Shown one piece after another: positions 1 through 9,420 of a stretch of DNA of 33,048 nt; position 1 is the first letter of the stretch, and each line of letters opens with the position of its first letter. This DNA comes from Peptostreptococcales bacterium (GTDB lineage Bacteria > Bacillota > Clostridia > Peptostreptococcales > Anaerovoracaceae). Under the pieces are notes generated by a model. That model was not told where the DNA came from. It did not search any database and saw only the letters and a program-made list of their open reading frames with translations. A program made the position numbers and the translations under genes. The stretch is taken from NCBI GenBank assembly GCA_038248565.1, contig JBBRXH010000001.1:1-33048 (forward strand). Direction: 5' to 3'.

Positions 1-1285
1 CATCGCAGAAACCGGTCCCTCTTCGATGGATATGAATACGCTATGGGGCGCAGAGGAAGACATCCGCTCTTTAAAATCCCTGATTCTATTCGGGCTTCGC
101 GGTATGGCGGCTTATGCCCATCATGCACTGATTCTCGGTTATTCAAATGACGAAGTCAATGCATTCTTCTGCAAAGGATTAAAAGCATTGGATGAGAACT
201 TGTCTGCCGACCAGCTTCTTGCAATGGTACTTGAACTGGGTCAGGTAAACTTAAAATGCATGGCTCTTCTTGACGAAGCCAACACGACAACCTATGGAAC
301 TCCGGTTCCTACTCCCGTAACGACAAATATCGAGAAAGGCCCTTTTATCGTCGTTTCAGGTCATGATCTTCATGATCTTCAGCTTCTTTTAGAGCAGACC
401 GAAGGAAAAGGCATTAACATTTATACCCACGGTGAAATGCTGCCTTGCCACTCTTATCCGAAGTTAAAAGCTTTCACCCATCTTAAAGGCAATTTCGGTA
501 CTGCCTGGCAGAATCAGCAGAAGGAATTCATCGATCTTCCGGCTCCTGTCTTATTCACCACAAACTGCATTATGCCTGTTAAGGATAATTATAGAGACCG
601 CATATTCACCACGGAACTGGTGGCTTATCCGGGCATGGTTCATATCGGCGAGAAAAAAGATTTCTCCCCGGTCATCGCTAAAGCACTTGAACTCGGCGGA
701 TACCCGGACGGCAGAAAGATGACAGGAATTAACGGTGGAGACAAACTGATGACCGGTTTTGGCAGAGGCACCGTCCTTGGCGCTGCTGATATTGTGGTTG
801 ATGCAGTAAAAAAGGGTGCTATTTCACATTTTTTCCTGGTGGGCGGTTGCGATGGTGCTAAACCGGGTAGAAACTACTACACCGAGTTCGTACAAAAGTC
901 TCCAAAGGATTCCATCATTCTGACCCTTGCCTGCGGCAAATTCAGATTCAATGATCTTGCCCTGGGAGAAATCGGCGGGCTGCCACGTATCATGGATATG
1001 GGCCAGTGCAATGATGCCTACAGTGCTATAGAAGTTGCCTTAGCCTTAGCCAACGCTTTTGAATGCGGTGTGAATGATCTTCCTTTGACCCTTGTACTAT
1101 CCTGGTATGAACAGAAAGCCGTCGTCATACTCCTGACGCTTCTATCACTGGGCATTAAGAACATTTTGATAGGGCCAACACTACCGGCATTCCTGTCTCC
1201 CAATGTGCTGGGCATTCTGGTTGACAACTTCAATCTGACTCCGATATCTACTCCGGAGGAAGACCTTAAAAAGATTTTAGGTTAA
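1..1285 (+). CDS. hcp: Hybrid-cluster protein / hydroxylamine reductase Hcp, C-terminal ~420 aa (5' end lies outside the window)
   Basis: ORF 26..1285 stays open back to base 2. The translation carries Hcp-typical blocks: FIVVSGHDLHDL, INIYTHGEMLP, GNFGTAWQNQ, LFTTNC, FFLVGGCDGA, TLACGKFRF, MGQCNDAYSA. Confidence 0.9.
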   Translation, partial: IAETGPSSMDMNTLWGAEEDIRSLKSLILFGLRGMAAYAHHALILGYSNDEVNAFFCKGLKALDENLSADQLLAMVLELGQVNLKCMALLDEANTTTYGTPVPTPVTTNIEKGPFIVVSGHDLHDLQLLLEQTEGKGINIYTHGEMLPCHSYPKLKAFTHLKGNFGTAWQNQQKEFIDLPAPVLFTTNCIMPVKDNYRDRIFTTELVAYPGMVHIGEKKDFSPVIAKALELGGYPDGRKMTGINGGDKLMTGFGRGTVLGAADIVVDAVKKGAISHFFLVGGCDGAKPGRNYYTEFVQKSPKDSIILTLACGKFRFNDLALGEIGGLPRIMDMGQCNDAYSAIEVALALANAFECGVNDLPLTLVLSWYEQKAVVILLTLLSLGIKNILIGPTLPAFLSPNVLGILVDNFNLTPISTPEEDLKKILG

Positions 1286-1313
1286 ATTAAAATAGAGTCT
1301 CAGCCTAAATAGT

Positions 1314-1347
1314 AAAGAGCGAGTCAATTGAGTTTGACTCGCTCTTT
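1314..1347 (+). terminator. Hairpin terminator downstream of hcp
   Basis: Perfect 14-bp stem AAAGAGCGAGTCAA (1314..1327) / TTGACTCGCTCTTT (1334..1347) with a 6-nt loop. The T-tract is short (CTCTTTACCTTC), so strength is uncertain. Confidence 0.6.
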
Positions 1348-1371
1348 ACCTTCTGTTGACTGACTCCTTGG

Positions 1372-1407
1372 CCGGGTATATACTAAATGTACCCATACCC
1401 GGTATAT
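1372..1407 (+). promoter_or_regulatory. Inverted repeat, candidate operator of the CsoR-family repressor
   Basis: CCGGGTAT (1372..1379) is the exact reverse complement of ATACCCGG (1395..1402). The right arm sits in a near-palindrome ATACCCGGTAT, 15-25 nt upstream of the ATG. CsoR-family operators are GC-cored palindromes of the ATACCC...GGGTAT type. Confidence 0.4.
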
Positions 1408-1421
1408 AAGGAGATGATTTT

Positions 1422-1706
1422 ATGAATGATATCAGCATCGATTATAAAAAGGATATTCAGCGAAGACTAAGCAAAATCGAAGGTCAGGTAAAAGGAATCC
1501 AGCGCATGGTAGAACAGGAAAAAACCTGCGTGGATATTCTGACCCAGATTGCAGCCATCAGAGCCGCCATCAATAAGGTCGGCGGCATGATCCTTGAAAA
1601 ATATTCCAAAGAATGCATTCAAGGTTCAGTAAATTCTGAAGATAAGGATGCAGAGCTGCAAAAGCTCATGGACACCATCCAGAAATTTCTAAAGTTTGTG
1701 GATTAG
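1422..1706 (+). CDS. CsoR/RcnR/FrmR/CstR-family (DUF156) metal- or persulfide-sensing transcriptional repressor
   Basis: 94 aa with the typical RLSKIEGQVKGIQRMVEQEKTCVDILTQIAAIRAAINKVG core. RBS AAGGAG lies 8 nt upstream of the ATG. The ligand fingerprint is Cys (KTC) ... Tyr-x-x-x-Cys (EKYSKEC), so the CsoR His position is Tyr. Confidence 0.85.
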   Translation: MNDISIDYKKDIQRRLSKIEGQVKGIQRMVEQEKTCVDILTQIAAIRAAINKVGGMILEKYSKECIQGSVNSEDKDAELQKLMDTIQKFLKFVD

Positions 1707-2002
1707 CAGGATCCTACTCCTGGGCCTCTGAGTATAAATCCCTTTTCATACCATCTATCCGAGTAATCGACTGTCGCGTTTTTTATGTAGTGTTCGATAG
1801 TCTTATCATAGACGATTTTAACGCCGTCCATCTCCACGAGAACATCTTCATCATTTTTTAACTCATCCAGAGTTAATGCAAATTTCGGACCGCCTCAGCC
1901 AAATCCGCCAATCCATACTCTAAGCATCGTATTGCTTGGATCCTCTTTGTTTGACATGACATTTTTAAGCTGTAAAACTGCAGCTTCAGATACTGTAATC
2001 AT
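1703..2002 (-). CDS. HesB/IscA-like selenoprotein, 99 aa, in-frame UGA (Sec) at codon 36 (1895..1897); missing from the ORF track
   Basis: Manual reverse-complement translation: MITVSEAAVLQLKNVMSNKEDPSNTMLRVWIGGFG-U-GGPKFALTLDELKNDEDVLVEMDGVKIVYDKTIEHYIKNATVDYSDRWYEKGFILRGPGVGSC*. The frame is continuous across the single TGA. The ATG at 2002 follows RBS GGGGGTG, which overlaps the selB stop. The GFGUGGP motif and the C-terminal GSC match the HesB-like selenoprotein family. A hairpin lies downstream of the UGA. Confidence 0.85.
1858..1876 (-). promoter_or_regulatory. Candidate bacterial SECIS hairpin for the HesB-like selenoprotein
   Basis: On the minus strand, UUAACUC-UGGAU-GAGUUAA forms a perfect 7-bp stem. 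The 5-nt loop has G at positions 2-3. The stem starts 18 nt after the UGA, which puts the loop about 25 nt from the UGA, within the spacing reported for bacterial SECIS elements. Confidence 0.5.
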
Positions 2003-2006
2003 TTCT

Positions 2007-3923
2007 TCACCCCCTTTCCCTAAAATGTACACCGGGTTTTCTGATATTATCCTGCCTCTCTGTCACACCGATACTGTCCAAATATTCCAAAAGTGTGATG
2101 GCAGCCTTTCGGCCAATAAACAGGGTATCCCTGATTTCTCCGGCAGTGATGCTGCCCTGACTTTCCAGCAAAGCTCTGATTTTTGAAACCGCAGGATAAA
2201 AGTTGGCTTCATGGAGGCAAAGTCCGTTTCCCAAATTCACCGCCTGGCCAGACTGAATCAAAAATCTCTCAACATCCTCAAATAGCTGGATGGGCATAGA
2301 AAGAACCCTGGCAAGCTGATCCGGAGTCCTTAGGGCAAATCCTTCTTCTTTAAGCAGCCCATTGACTCTCTGAGTCTCTTTTTTGCCGCTGATTCTTTGT
2401 ATTGACTGGTTTCCCGGCTGCATCAGGTGATTTCCCCAAGGCGCAAGAACACCGGTCTCGACCAGATGATTTATAATGGCATTGAAATCTTTTTGTTCAA
2501 GAGATTTGAAAACCTCACTCTTTATTTGTTCCCTGGGAAGCAGATAGCTAAACGGGTTTTTAAAATAAAAATCAGCGAATGTTTCATCAATTTTTTGTAT
2601 ATACCAGTCAAGGGAATTTATACTGAGATATTTATCCGGTGCCTCCAGATAGATAAGTTCCCCGCTATCAGTCAGTGCTAGCATTACGGTCTGCAGCAGC
2701 GTCTCATCTTCATAGAGTTCCCTGTAAATATCTGCGAGGTTTGCAAGCCTTCCCTTTTGATCAAACAGGTGCCCGATCACCTGCTTCAAGTTCCCGTGGG
2801 CACCAATATCCAATGCGGAAATACTCTCCTCCGAAAACCTTTTTCTATTTTTTGTTTTATGATAGAGGACTTCTCCGCCGCCCAAGATAGTCATGGGAGA
2901 ATAGGCTCTGACTATAAAACGGTCCCCTCTAAGCGCCACGACAGGTTCTTCGAATCTAAGCTGAGCGTAACCGGAACTGTTTTCCGGTATCTGGTCACCC
3001 CCTAAAAGGCGCACCCTGGCCAGCACTTCCTTGGATCCAATATGGACATGGACCCGCTGGTTATGCTCTATTCCGCCTTTTCCCCCAGTACTGTAAAGAA
3101 TGACATCCACCAGCACCTGGACATCCACTGTATTTTTTCGGGTAATCACATCTCCTCTTTGAAGCTGAGACTTTTCAATGCCTGAAAGGTTAAGGGCGCA
3201 GCGGTCGCCGGCAGAAGCCTGTTCTACCTGCTTGTTATGAACCTGAATTCCCCTGACCTTGGCTGAAATTTTTTGAGGCAGGATATCCACGTTGTCCCCC
3301 TTACCGATAAAACCGCCGTGGATAGTCCCCGTAACAACGGTACCATGCCCCGTTATGGTAAATACTCTATCGACGGGCAACCTAAAAAGCCGCTGAGCAT
3401 TCCGCTCCGCAGCCTCCCCTGTCAGTTTTTCCAGACAGTCAATAAGTTCATCTATGCCGCTTCCTGTTAATGCAGAAATCGGTATGATAGATATTCCCTC
3501 AAGGGTAGTCCCTTCCAGCAGCTTTTTAATTTGAGAAGTGGCTATAGCCAATTCTTCTGTGCTGACCAGCTCGCATTTGGTCAGGGCTACAACCCCTGAA
3601 TTCACTTTAAGTATAGACAGGATTTCCAGATGTTCCCTAGTCTGAGGCATGATGCCCTCATCCGCAGCGATGACCAGGGTCACAAAATCGATCCCCGTAA
3701 CACCTGCTACCATGGATTTTATAAACTTTTCATGGCCTGGCACATCCACGATGGAAATAACATTGCCGGAGGGCAAAGTCAGGGGTGCGAAACCAAGCTC
3801 GATGGTCATCCCCCTGCGCTTTTCTTCCTCCAGTCTGTCTGTATCCACACCGGTCAGTCTTTTGACCAAAGTAGTCTTTCCATGGTCGATATGGCCAGCG
3901 GTACCCATGACGACGTGTTTCAT
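2007..3923 (-). CDS. selB: Selenocysteine-specific translation elongation factor SelB
   Basis: 638 aa. N-terminal GTPase motifs GHIDHGKTTL, DVPGH and long winged-helix C-terminal domains. The start overlaps the selA stop as ATGA. Confidence 0.95.
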   Translation of the reverse strand: MKHVVMGTAGHIDHGKTTLVKRLTGVDTDRLEEEKRRGMTIELGFAPLTLPSGNVISIVDVPGHEKFIKSMVAGVTGIDFVTLVIAADEGIMPQTREHLEILSILKVNSGVVALTKCELVSTEELAIATSQIKKLLEGTTLEGISIIPISALTGSGIDELIDCLEKLTGEAAERNAQRLFRLPVDRVFTITGHGTVVTGTIHGGFIGKGDNVDILPQKISAKVRGIQVHNKQVEQASAGDRCALNLSGIEKSQLQRGDVITRKNTVDVQVLVDVILYSTGGKGGIEHNQRVHVHIGSKEVLARVRLLGGDQIPENSSGYAQLRFEEPVVALRGDRFIVRAYSPMTILGGGEVLYHKTKNRKRFSEESISALDIGAHGNLKQVIGHLFDQKGRLANLADIYRELYEDETLLQTVMLALTDSGELIYLEAPDKYLSINSLDWYIQKIDETFADFYFKNPFSYLLPREQIKSEVFKSLEQKDFNAIINHLVETGVLAPWGNHLMQPGNQSIQRISGKKETQRVNGLLKEEGFALRTPDQLARVLSMPIQLFEDVERFLIQSGQAVNLGNGLCLHEANFYPAVSKIRALLESQGSITAGEIRDTLFIGRKAAITLLEYLDSIGVTERQDNIRKPGVHFRERG

Positions 3924-5389
3924 CGCTCTGCTCCTAAAATATCAGCTATTGCGCATGCGACTAATTTATAATCATCCGGGTCAATAGTCCTCACATTCAG
4001 CAGGAGGGTATCCTGATGAATGCGGCATAAAATCGGTATAGTGTATTTTCTCAAACTTTCCTGTAGTTTGTCCAGACTCATGTCCTGTGGTGCAAGGGAT
4101 ACAGCTCTGCCAGGCAGCAGGACACCAGGCAGGGAGCCTCCGCCAACCTCATCCAGCTCCTCCACAATACCAATATCAGCTATACTGCCATTCTCCAGCC
4201 TGCCCAAGCCAATGGTCTGAATCAGACAATTCTTTATCATTTCAGCTAAGGCTTCAGCCCTGATTTCCAGTTCTTCCGGCTTTAATGCCATCATTTTCAG
4301 TACCGGGATATGAAACGCCACTGAGTTTTCATTTAAATAAATCTTTAATACCGAAGTCAGCGCAGCAAAGGTCATCTTGCAGGGCCTTACCATGCGAGCC
4401 AGAGGATTTGCCTTTATCCGGTCGATGAGGTCTTTTTTGCCTGCAATAATTCCCGCCTGAGGGCCGCCAAGGAGCTTGTCTCCACTGAAGGTGACGAGAG
4501 AAACCCCCCTTTTGATGCTGTCCTGAACCGTCGGTTCATAGGGTAGCCCTATTGACCTTAGGTCAATGAGACTGCCGCTGCCTAAATCTTCTACGACCAG
4601 GAGCCCCTTTTTTTGGGCAAGATCGACCAGGATTTCAAGGTCAACACTTTCGGCAAAACCGGTTACCCTATAATTGCTGGTATGCACCTTAAGTAAAACT
4701 CGGGTGTCCTGAGTGATCGCCTTCTCATAATCTTTAAGATGGGTCTTGTTGGTCGTGCCGATCTCCACCATCTTGGCCCCGCTGCCGGAGATAAGATCAG
4801 GAATGCGAAAGCTGCCGCCTATTTCAACCTGCTGGCCTCTGGAAACGATGACCTCCCGGGCCTGGGCCAGGGTATTGATGCACAGGAAAACCGCGGCTGC
4901 GTTATTGTTCACAACCAAAGCACTTTCGGCTCCTGTCAGCTCTTTAATCAGAAATTCAGCCTGGGAATGTCTGTAGCCTCTTCTTCCGGTTTCAAGATCA
5001 TACTCCAGATTGCTGTAGCCTTCTGAAACAGCAGATACCGCCGCTACTGCCTTCTGTGGCAAAGGCGCTCTGCCAAGGTTGGTATGGAGCACGATGCCCG
5101 TAGCATTGATGACCCTGCCCAGCTCCTGGCGGCTTTCTTTAGCAAGGGCTTCGATAATGCGGCTGGCTATAAACCCCGGCACCTCTTCTTTAGATTTAAT
5201 CCCTTTAGTTTGGCAAAAATCCGGATGATCTCCGGCCTCCTGCTTAAAAATTTCCAGCACTAATTTTGAAGTGCGAAGGACGGCTTCTCTGCCTTCCCCC
5301 AGCACGTAACCGGATAGGGCTTCCGCTTCAAGGATTTTATTGATGGGAGGAATAGCCCGTAGGGCCTCTTTACTGCTCATTTGGTTCAT
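3920..5389 (-). CDS. selA: L-seryl-tRNA(Sec) selenium transferase SelA
   Basis: 489 aa from the ATG at 5389, preceded by AGGAGG. The longer 5479 start of the track would overlap selD by 77 nt. SelA-typical blocks are present: NATGIVLHTNLGRAPL, NNNAAAV, FSGDKLLGGPQAG (PLP Lys). Confidence 0.95.
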   Translation of the reverse strand: MNQMSSKEALRAIPPINKILEAEALSGYVLGEGREAVLRTSKLVLEIFKQEAGDHPDFCQTKGIKSKEEVPGFIASRIIEALAKESRQELGRVINATGIVLHTNLGRAPLPQKAVAAVSAVSEGYSNLEYDLETGRRGYRHSQAEFLIKELTGAESALVVNNNAAAVFLCINTLAQAREVIVSRGQQVEIGGSFRIPDLISGSGAKMVEIGTTNKTHLKDYEKAITQDTRVLLKVHTSNYRVTGFAESVDLEILVDLAQKKGLLVVEDLGSGSLIDLRSIGLPYEPTVQDSIKRGVSLVTFSGDKLLGGPQAGIIAGKKDLIDRIKANPLARMVRPCKMTFAALTSVLKIYLNENSVAFHIPVLKMMALKPEELEIRAEALAEMIKNCLIQTIGLGRLENGSIADIGIVEELDEVGGGSLPGVLLPGRAVSLAPQDMSLDKLQESLRKYTIPILCRIHQDTLLLNVRTIDPDDYKLVACAIADILGAER

Positions 5390-5402
5390 AGTGAACCTCC
5401 TA

Positions 5403-6467
5403 CTATAAAACCTTAATAGCGATGTTGCTGCCTTCTTCTTTTGCAAAAACTTCGCCGATAATAACTGCCCTGCTCTCATTTCCGGAGTTAATCTCAGCCA
5501 TCAGTTCATCAGCTTTTTCATGTGGAACAGAAATCAGGAGCCCTCCGGATGTCTGGGGATCAAACAAGGCAATGCGAAGGGTTTCTGAAACCGCCGCATC
5601 AAAGGCTATCAGATCCTGAAAATACTTCCTGTTGGCAAAGGCGCCTCCGGGTACGGCTTCCCGCTCAATTAGCGCCAGCACCCCGGCCATGACGGGCACC
5701 TTTTCCCTATTTATCCGGATTACAACCTTGCTGCCATTAGCCATTTCACAGCCATGACCCAAAAGACCAAAGCCGGTGACATCGGTGCAGGCGTTTACGC
5801 CTACCCGCTGCATGGCTTCGGACGCGGCCCTATTCAGGGTCGCCATATTGGTGGTCGCCTCTTTTGTTTCGGCTTCGGAGATCATATCGAATTTAAAGGC
5901 TGTGGTAATGATGCCCGTGCCTATGGGTTTTGTCAAAATAAGAAGATCTCCCGGTTTAGCCCCGGAGTTGGTCACCACCTTGTCTGGGTGGATCGTTCCT
6001 GTCACTGATAAACCGTATTTGATTTCCTCATCGGTGACCGTATGACCCCCGAGAAGAATTGTTCCTGATTCTTTGATTTTATCCTCGCCACCCTTAAGTA
6101 TCTCAACCAGAATATTCGGATCAAGGCTGCAGGAAAAGCAGGCGATAGATAGCGCTGTCAATGGCTTTCCGCCCATGGCATAAATGTCGCTGAGAGAATT
6201 TGCCGCCGCAATCTGGCCATATAAAAAGGGATCATCCACAATCGGCGTAAAGAAATCCACCGTCTGCACCAATGCAATATCAGGGGAAATCTGATAGACG
6301 CCTGCATCGTCGGACATATCGAAGCCAACGAGTAGGTTTGGATCTCTGTTATCTGTGTTTTTATCCAGGTGACACAAAACTTGTGCCAAGTCCTCAGGAC
6401 CAAGCTTGCTGGCTCAACCAGCCTTTGAAGACATATGGGTCAGTCGCCTGATTTGCTTGTCTGTCAT
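5403..6467 (-). CDS. selD: Selenide, water dikinase (selenophosphate synthetase) SelD, Sec-containing form; UGA at codon 18 (6414..6416)
   Basis: The track ORF 5403..6389 starts at an artificial TTG. Reading upstream in frame gives MTDKQIRRLTHMSSKAG-U-ASKLGPEDLAQVLCHL, which aligns to the E. coli SelD loop RLTQYSHGAGC(17)GCK. The ATG at 6467 follows GGAGAGGAGGGA. Length (1065 nt) is in frame. Confidence 0.93.
6385..6413 (-). promoter_or_regulatory. Possible SECIS region downstream of the selD UGA (structure not clear-cut)
   Basis: GCCAGCAAGCUUGGUCCUGAGGACUUGGC can form an outer stem GCCAG/UUGGC (includes one G-U pair) and an inner stem GGUCC/GGACU around a UGA triloop. This is a hand fold only and is weaker than the HesB-like hairpin. 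Confidence 0.25.
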
Positions 6468-6493
6468 AAGATCCCTCCTCTCCTAAAGTTTGT

Positions 6494-6590
6494 TGGCGGG
6501 AGTGTGTAGGAGTTGAACCCACCTCGGATGGTCATGCCACCCGACTACGGATTTGAAGTCCGAGGAACCCACCAGGACCCATCCACCCCC
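6494..6590 (-). tRNA. selC: tRNA-Sec (anticodon UCA), 97 nt including encoded CCA
   Basis: The minus strand GGGGGTGGAT...CTTCAAATCC...CCCGCCA folds by hand as follows:
- an 8-position acceptor stem (7 pairs plus one G-A);
- a 6-bp D stem with the 4-nt loop TGGT;
- anticodon loop CUUCAAA (UCA at 6554..6556);
- an 8-bp long variable arm;
- a 5-bp T stem with TTCAACT.
These are hallmarks of bacterial tRNA-Sec. Confidence 0.93.
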
Positions 6591-6644
6591 ATGGTTTTAT
6601 TATATCTCATTTTAAGAAAACGAAATAGCTCTGATAAACGAATT

Positions 6645-6672
6645 TTGTAATTATTACTTTATGTATTATAAT
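6645..6672 (+). promoter_or_regulatory. Sigma-A type promoter candidate for the DMT-metY unit
   Basis: TTGTAA (6645..6650), 16-nt spacer, TATAAT (6667..6672). Confidence 0.4.
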
Positions 6673-6739
6673 AAAATTGAAAGAAAATCACTTCGTTGAA
6701 GTTTACATCAACTCGTATTCAAACAACAGGGAGGTCGCC

Positions 6740-8474
<1,735 letters not shown>

Positions 8475-8482
8475 GTGAGTTA

Positions 8483-9409
8483 TTAGTCAGATAGCTGCTC
8501 CGGGAAAAATTTACCGATTATAGCCACCACTTCATCGCCGATTCTTTCCTGAGCTTCTATTGTGGCTCCTCCAATGTGGGGAGTCACTGATATATTGGCA
8601 CAGGCGCACAGTTCCTCATTGATTGTAGGCTCCTGTTCGAAAACATCGATAGCTGCCCCGGCTACCTTCCCGGACTTCAGGGCATCGAGTAGAGCTTTTT
8701 CATTGATGACGCCTCCCCTGGCAGTATTTATGATAAATACGCCTTCTTTCATAAGGGCAAATTCTTCAGCGCCGATCAAGGATTTATCTCCTTTTGTAAA
8801 TGGGACATGAATGGAAATAAAGTCTGATTCCTTGAATAAATCCTCCAGTCCGCAATAACTGTAATCCGAAAAGCCCTCCTTTGGGCCGGTTCTGTTTGTA
8901 TAGATGACCTTCATTCCAAGAGCATTCGCCTTCTTTGCCGTCTCCTGGGCGATTCTGCCGGATCCAATCAATCCAAGGGTTTTTCCGGCTATTTCAATGC
9001 CCTGATACTGCTTTTTATTCCACTCACCGTTTCGCATGGTGACATTGGAGATGCCGATATGCCTTGCCATAGAAAACATATGGCCGATGACAAGTTCAGC
9101 TACCGAGGCACTGCTGGCCTTGGGCGTATTTGCCACAGTAATGCCCATCTTTCGTGCGTATTCGGCATCTATATTATCAATACCGACGCCGCCTCTTATA
9201 ATCAGCTTAAGCCTGCCGGTGATCATGGCGGCATCGATGATTTCCCGGGTTATCTTTGAGGCAGATCTCACAGTCAGAACATCGACAGACTTGACCGCTT
9301 CTTTGAGCTCCTCCTTTTCAAAATGGCGCTCATCTACCTCGCAGCCCATAGCCATAAGCTTTGCCCCAGCCTTTTTTTCAATTCCGTCATTGGCAAGTAT
9401 ATTAACCAT
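8483..9409 (-). CDS. D-isomer-specific 2-hydroxyacid dehydrogenase, short-type D-3-phosphoglycerate dehydrogenase-like
   Basis: 308 aa. NAD-binding motif GLIGSGRIA. Catalytic-region blocks INTARGG and DVFEQEP, then HIGGAT. It is the last gene of the gcv operon, 12 nt after gcvPB. Confidence 0.7.
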   Translation of the reverse strand: MVNILANDGIEKKAGAKLMAMGCEVDERHFEKEELKEAVKSVDVLTVRSASKITREIIDAAMITGRLKLIIRGGVGIDNIDAEYARKMGITVANTPKASSASVAELVIGHMFSMARHIGISNVTMRNGEWNKKQYQGIEIAGKTLGLIGSGRIAQETAKKANALGMKVIYTNRTGPKEGFSDYSYCGLEDLFKESDFISIHVPFTKGDKSLIGAEEFALMKEGVFIINTARGGVINEKALLDALKSGKVAGAAIDVFEQEPTINEELCACANISVTPHIGGATIEAQERIGDEVVAIIGKFFPEQLSD

Positions 9410-9420
9410 ACTATTCCCCC

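Noticed and set aside
1932-2186. Plus-strand 84-aa ORF from the track.
   Set aside because: It lies antisense to the selB 3' end and to the HesB-like selenoprotein start. It has no RBS and no recognisable sequence. The minus-strand genes explain the region fully.
5390-5479. 30-codon N-terminal extension of the selA ORF.
   Set aside because: It would overlap selD by 77 nt and has no RBS. The internal ATG at 5389 has AGGAGG and gives a normal-length SelA.
6158-6403. Minus-strand 81-aa ORF overlapping the selD 5' region.
   Set aside because: It is out of frame with selD. It only appears as a separate ORF because the Sec UGA breaks the true selD frame. The true frame shows clear SelD homology on both sides of the UGA.
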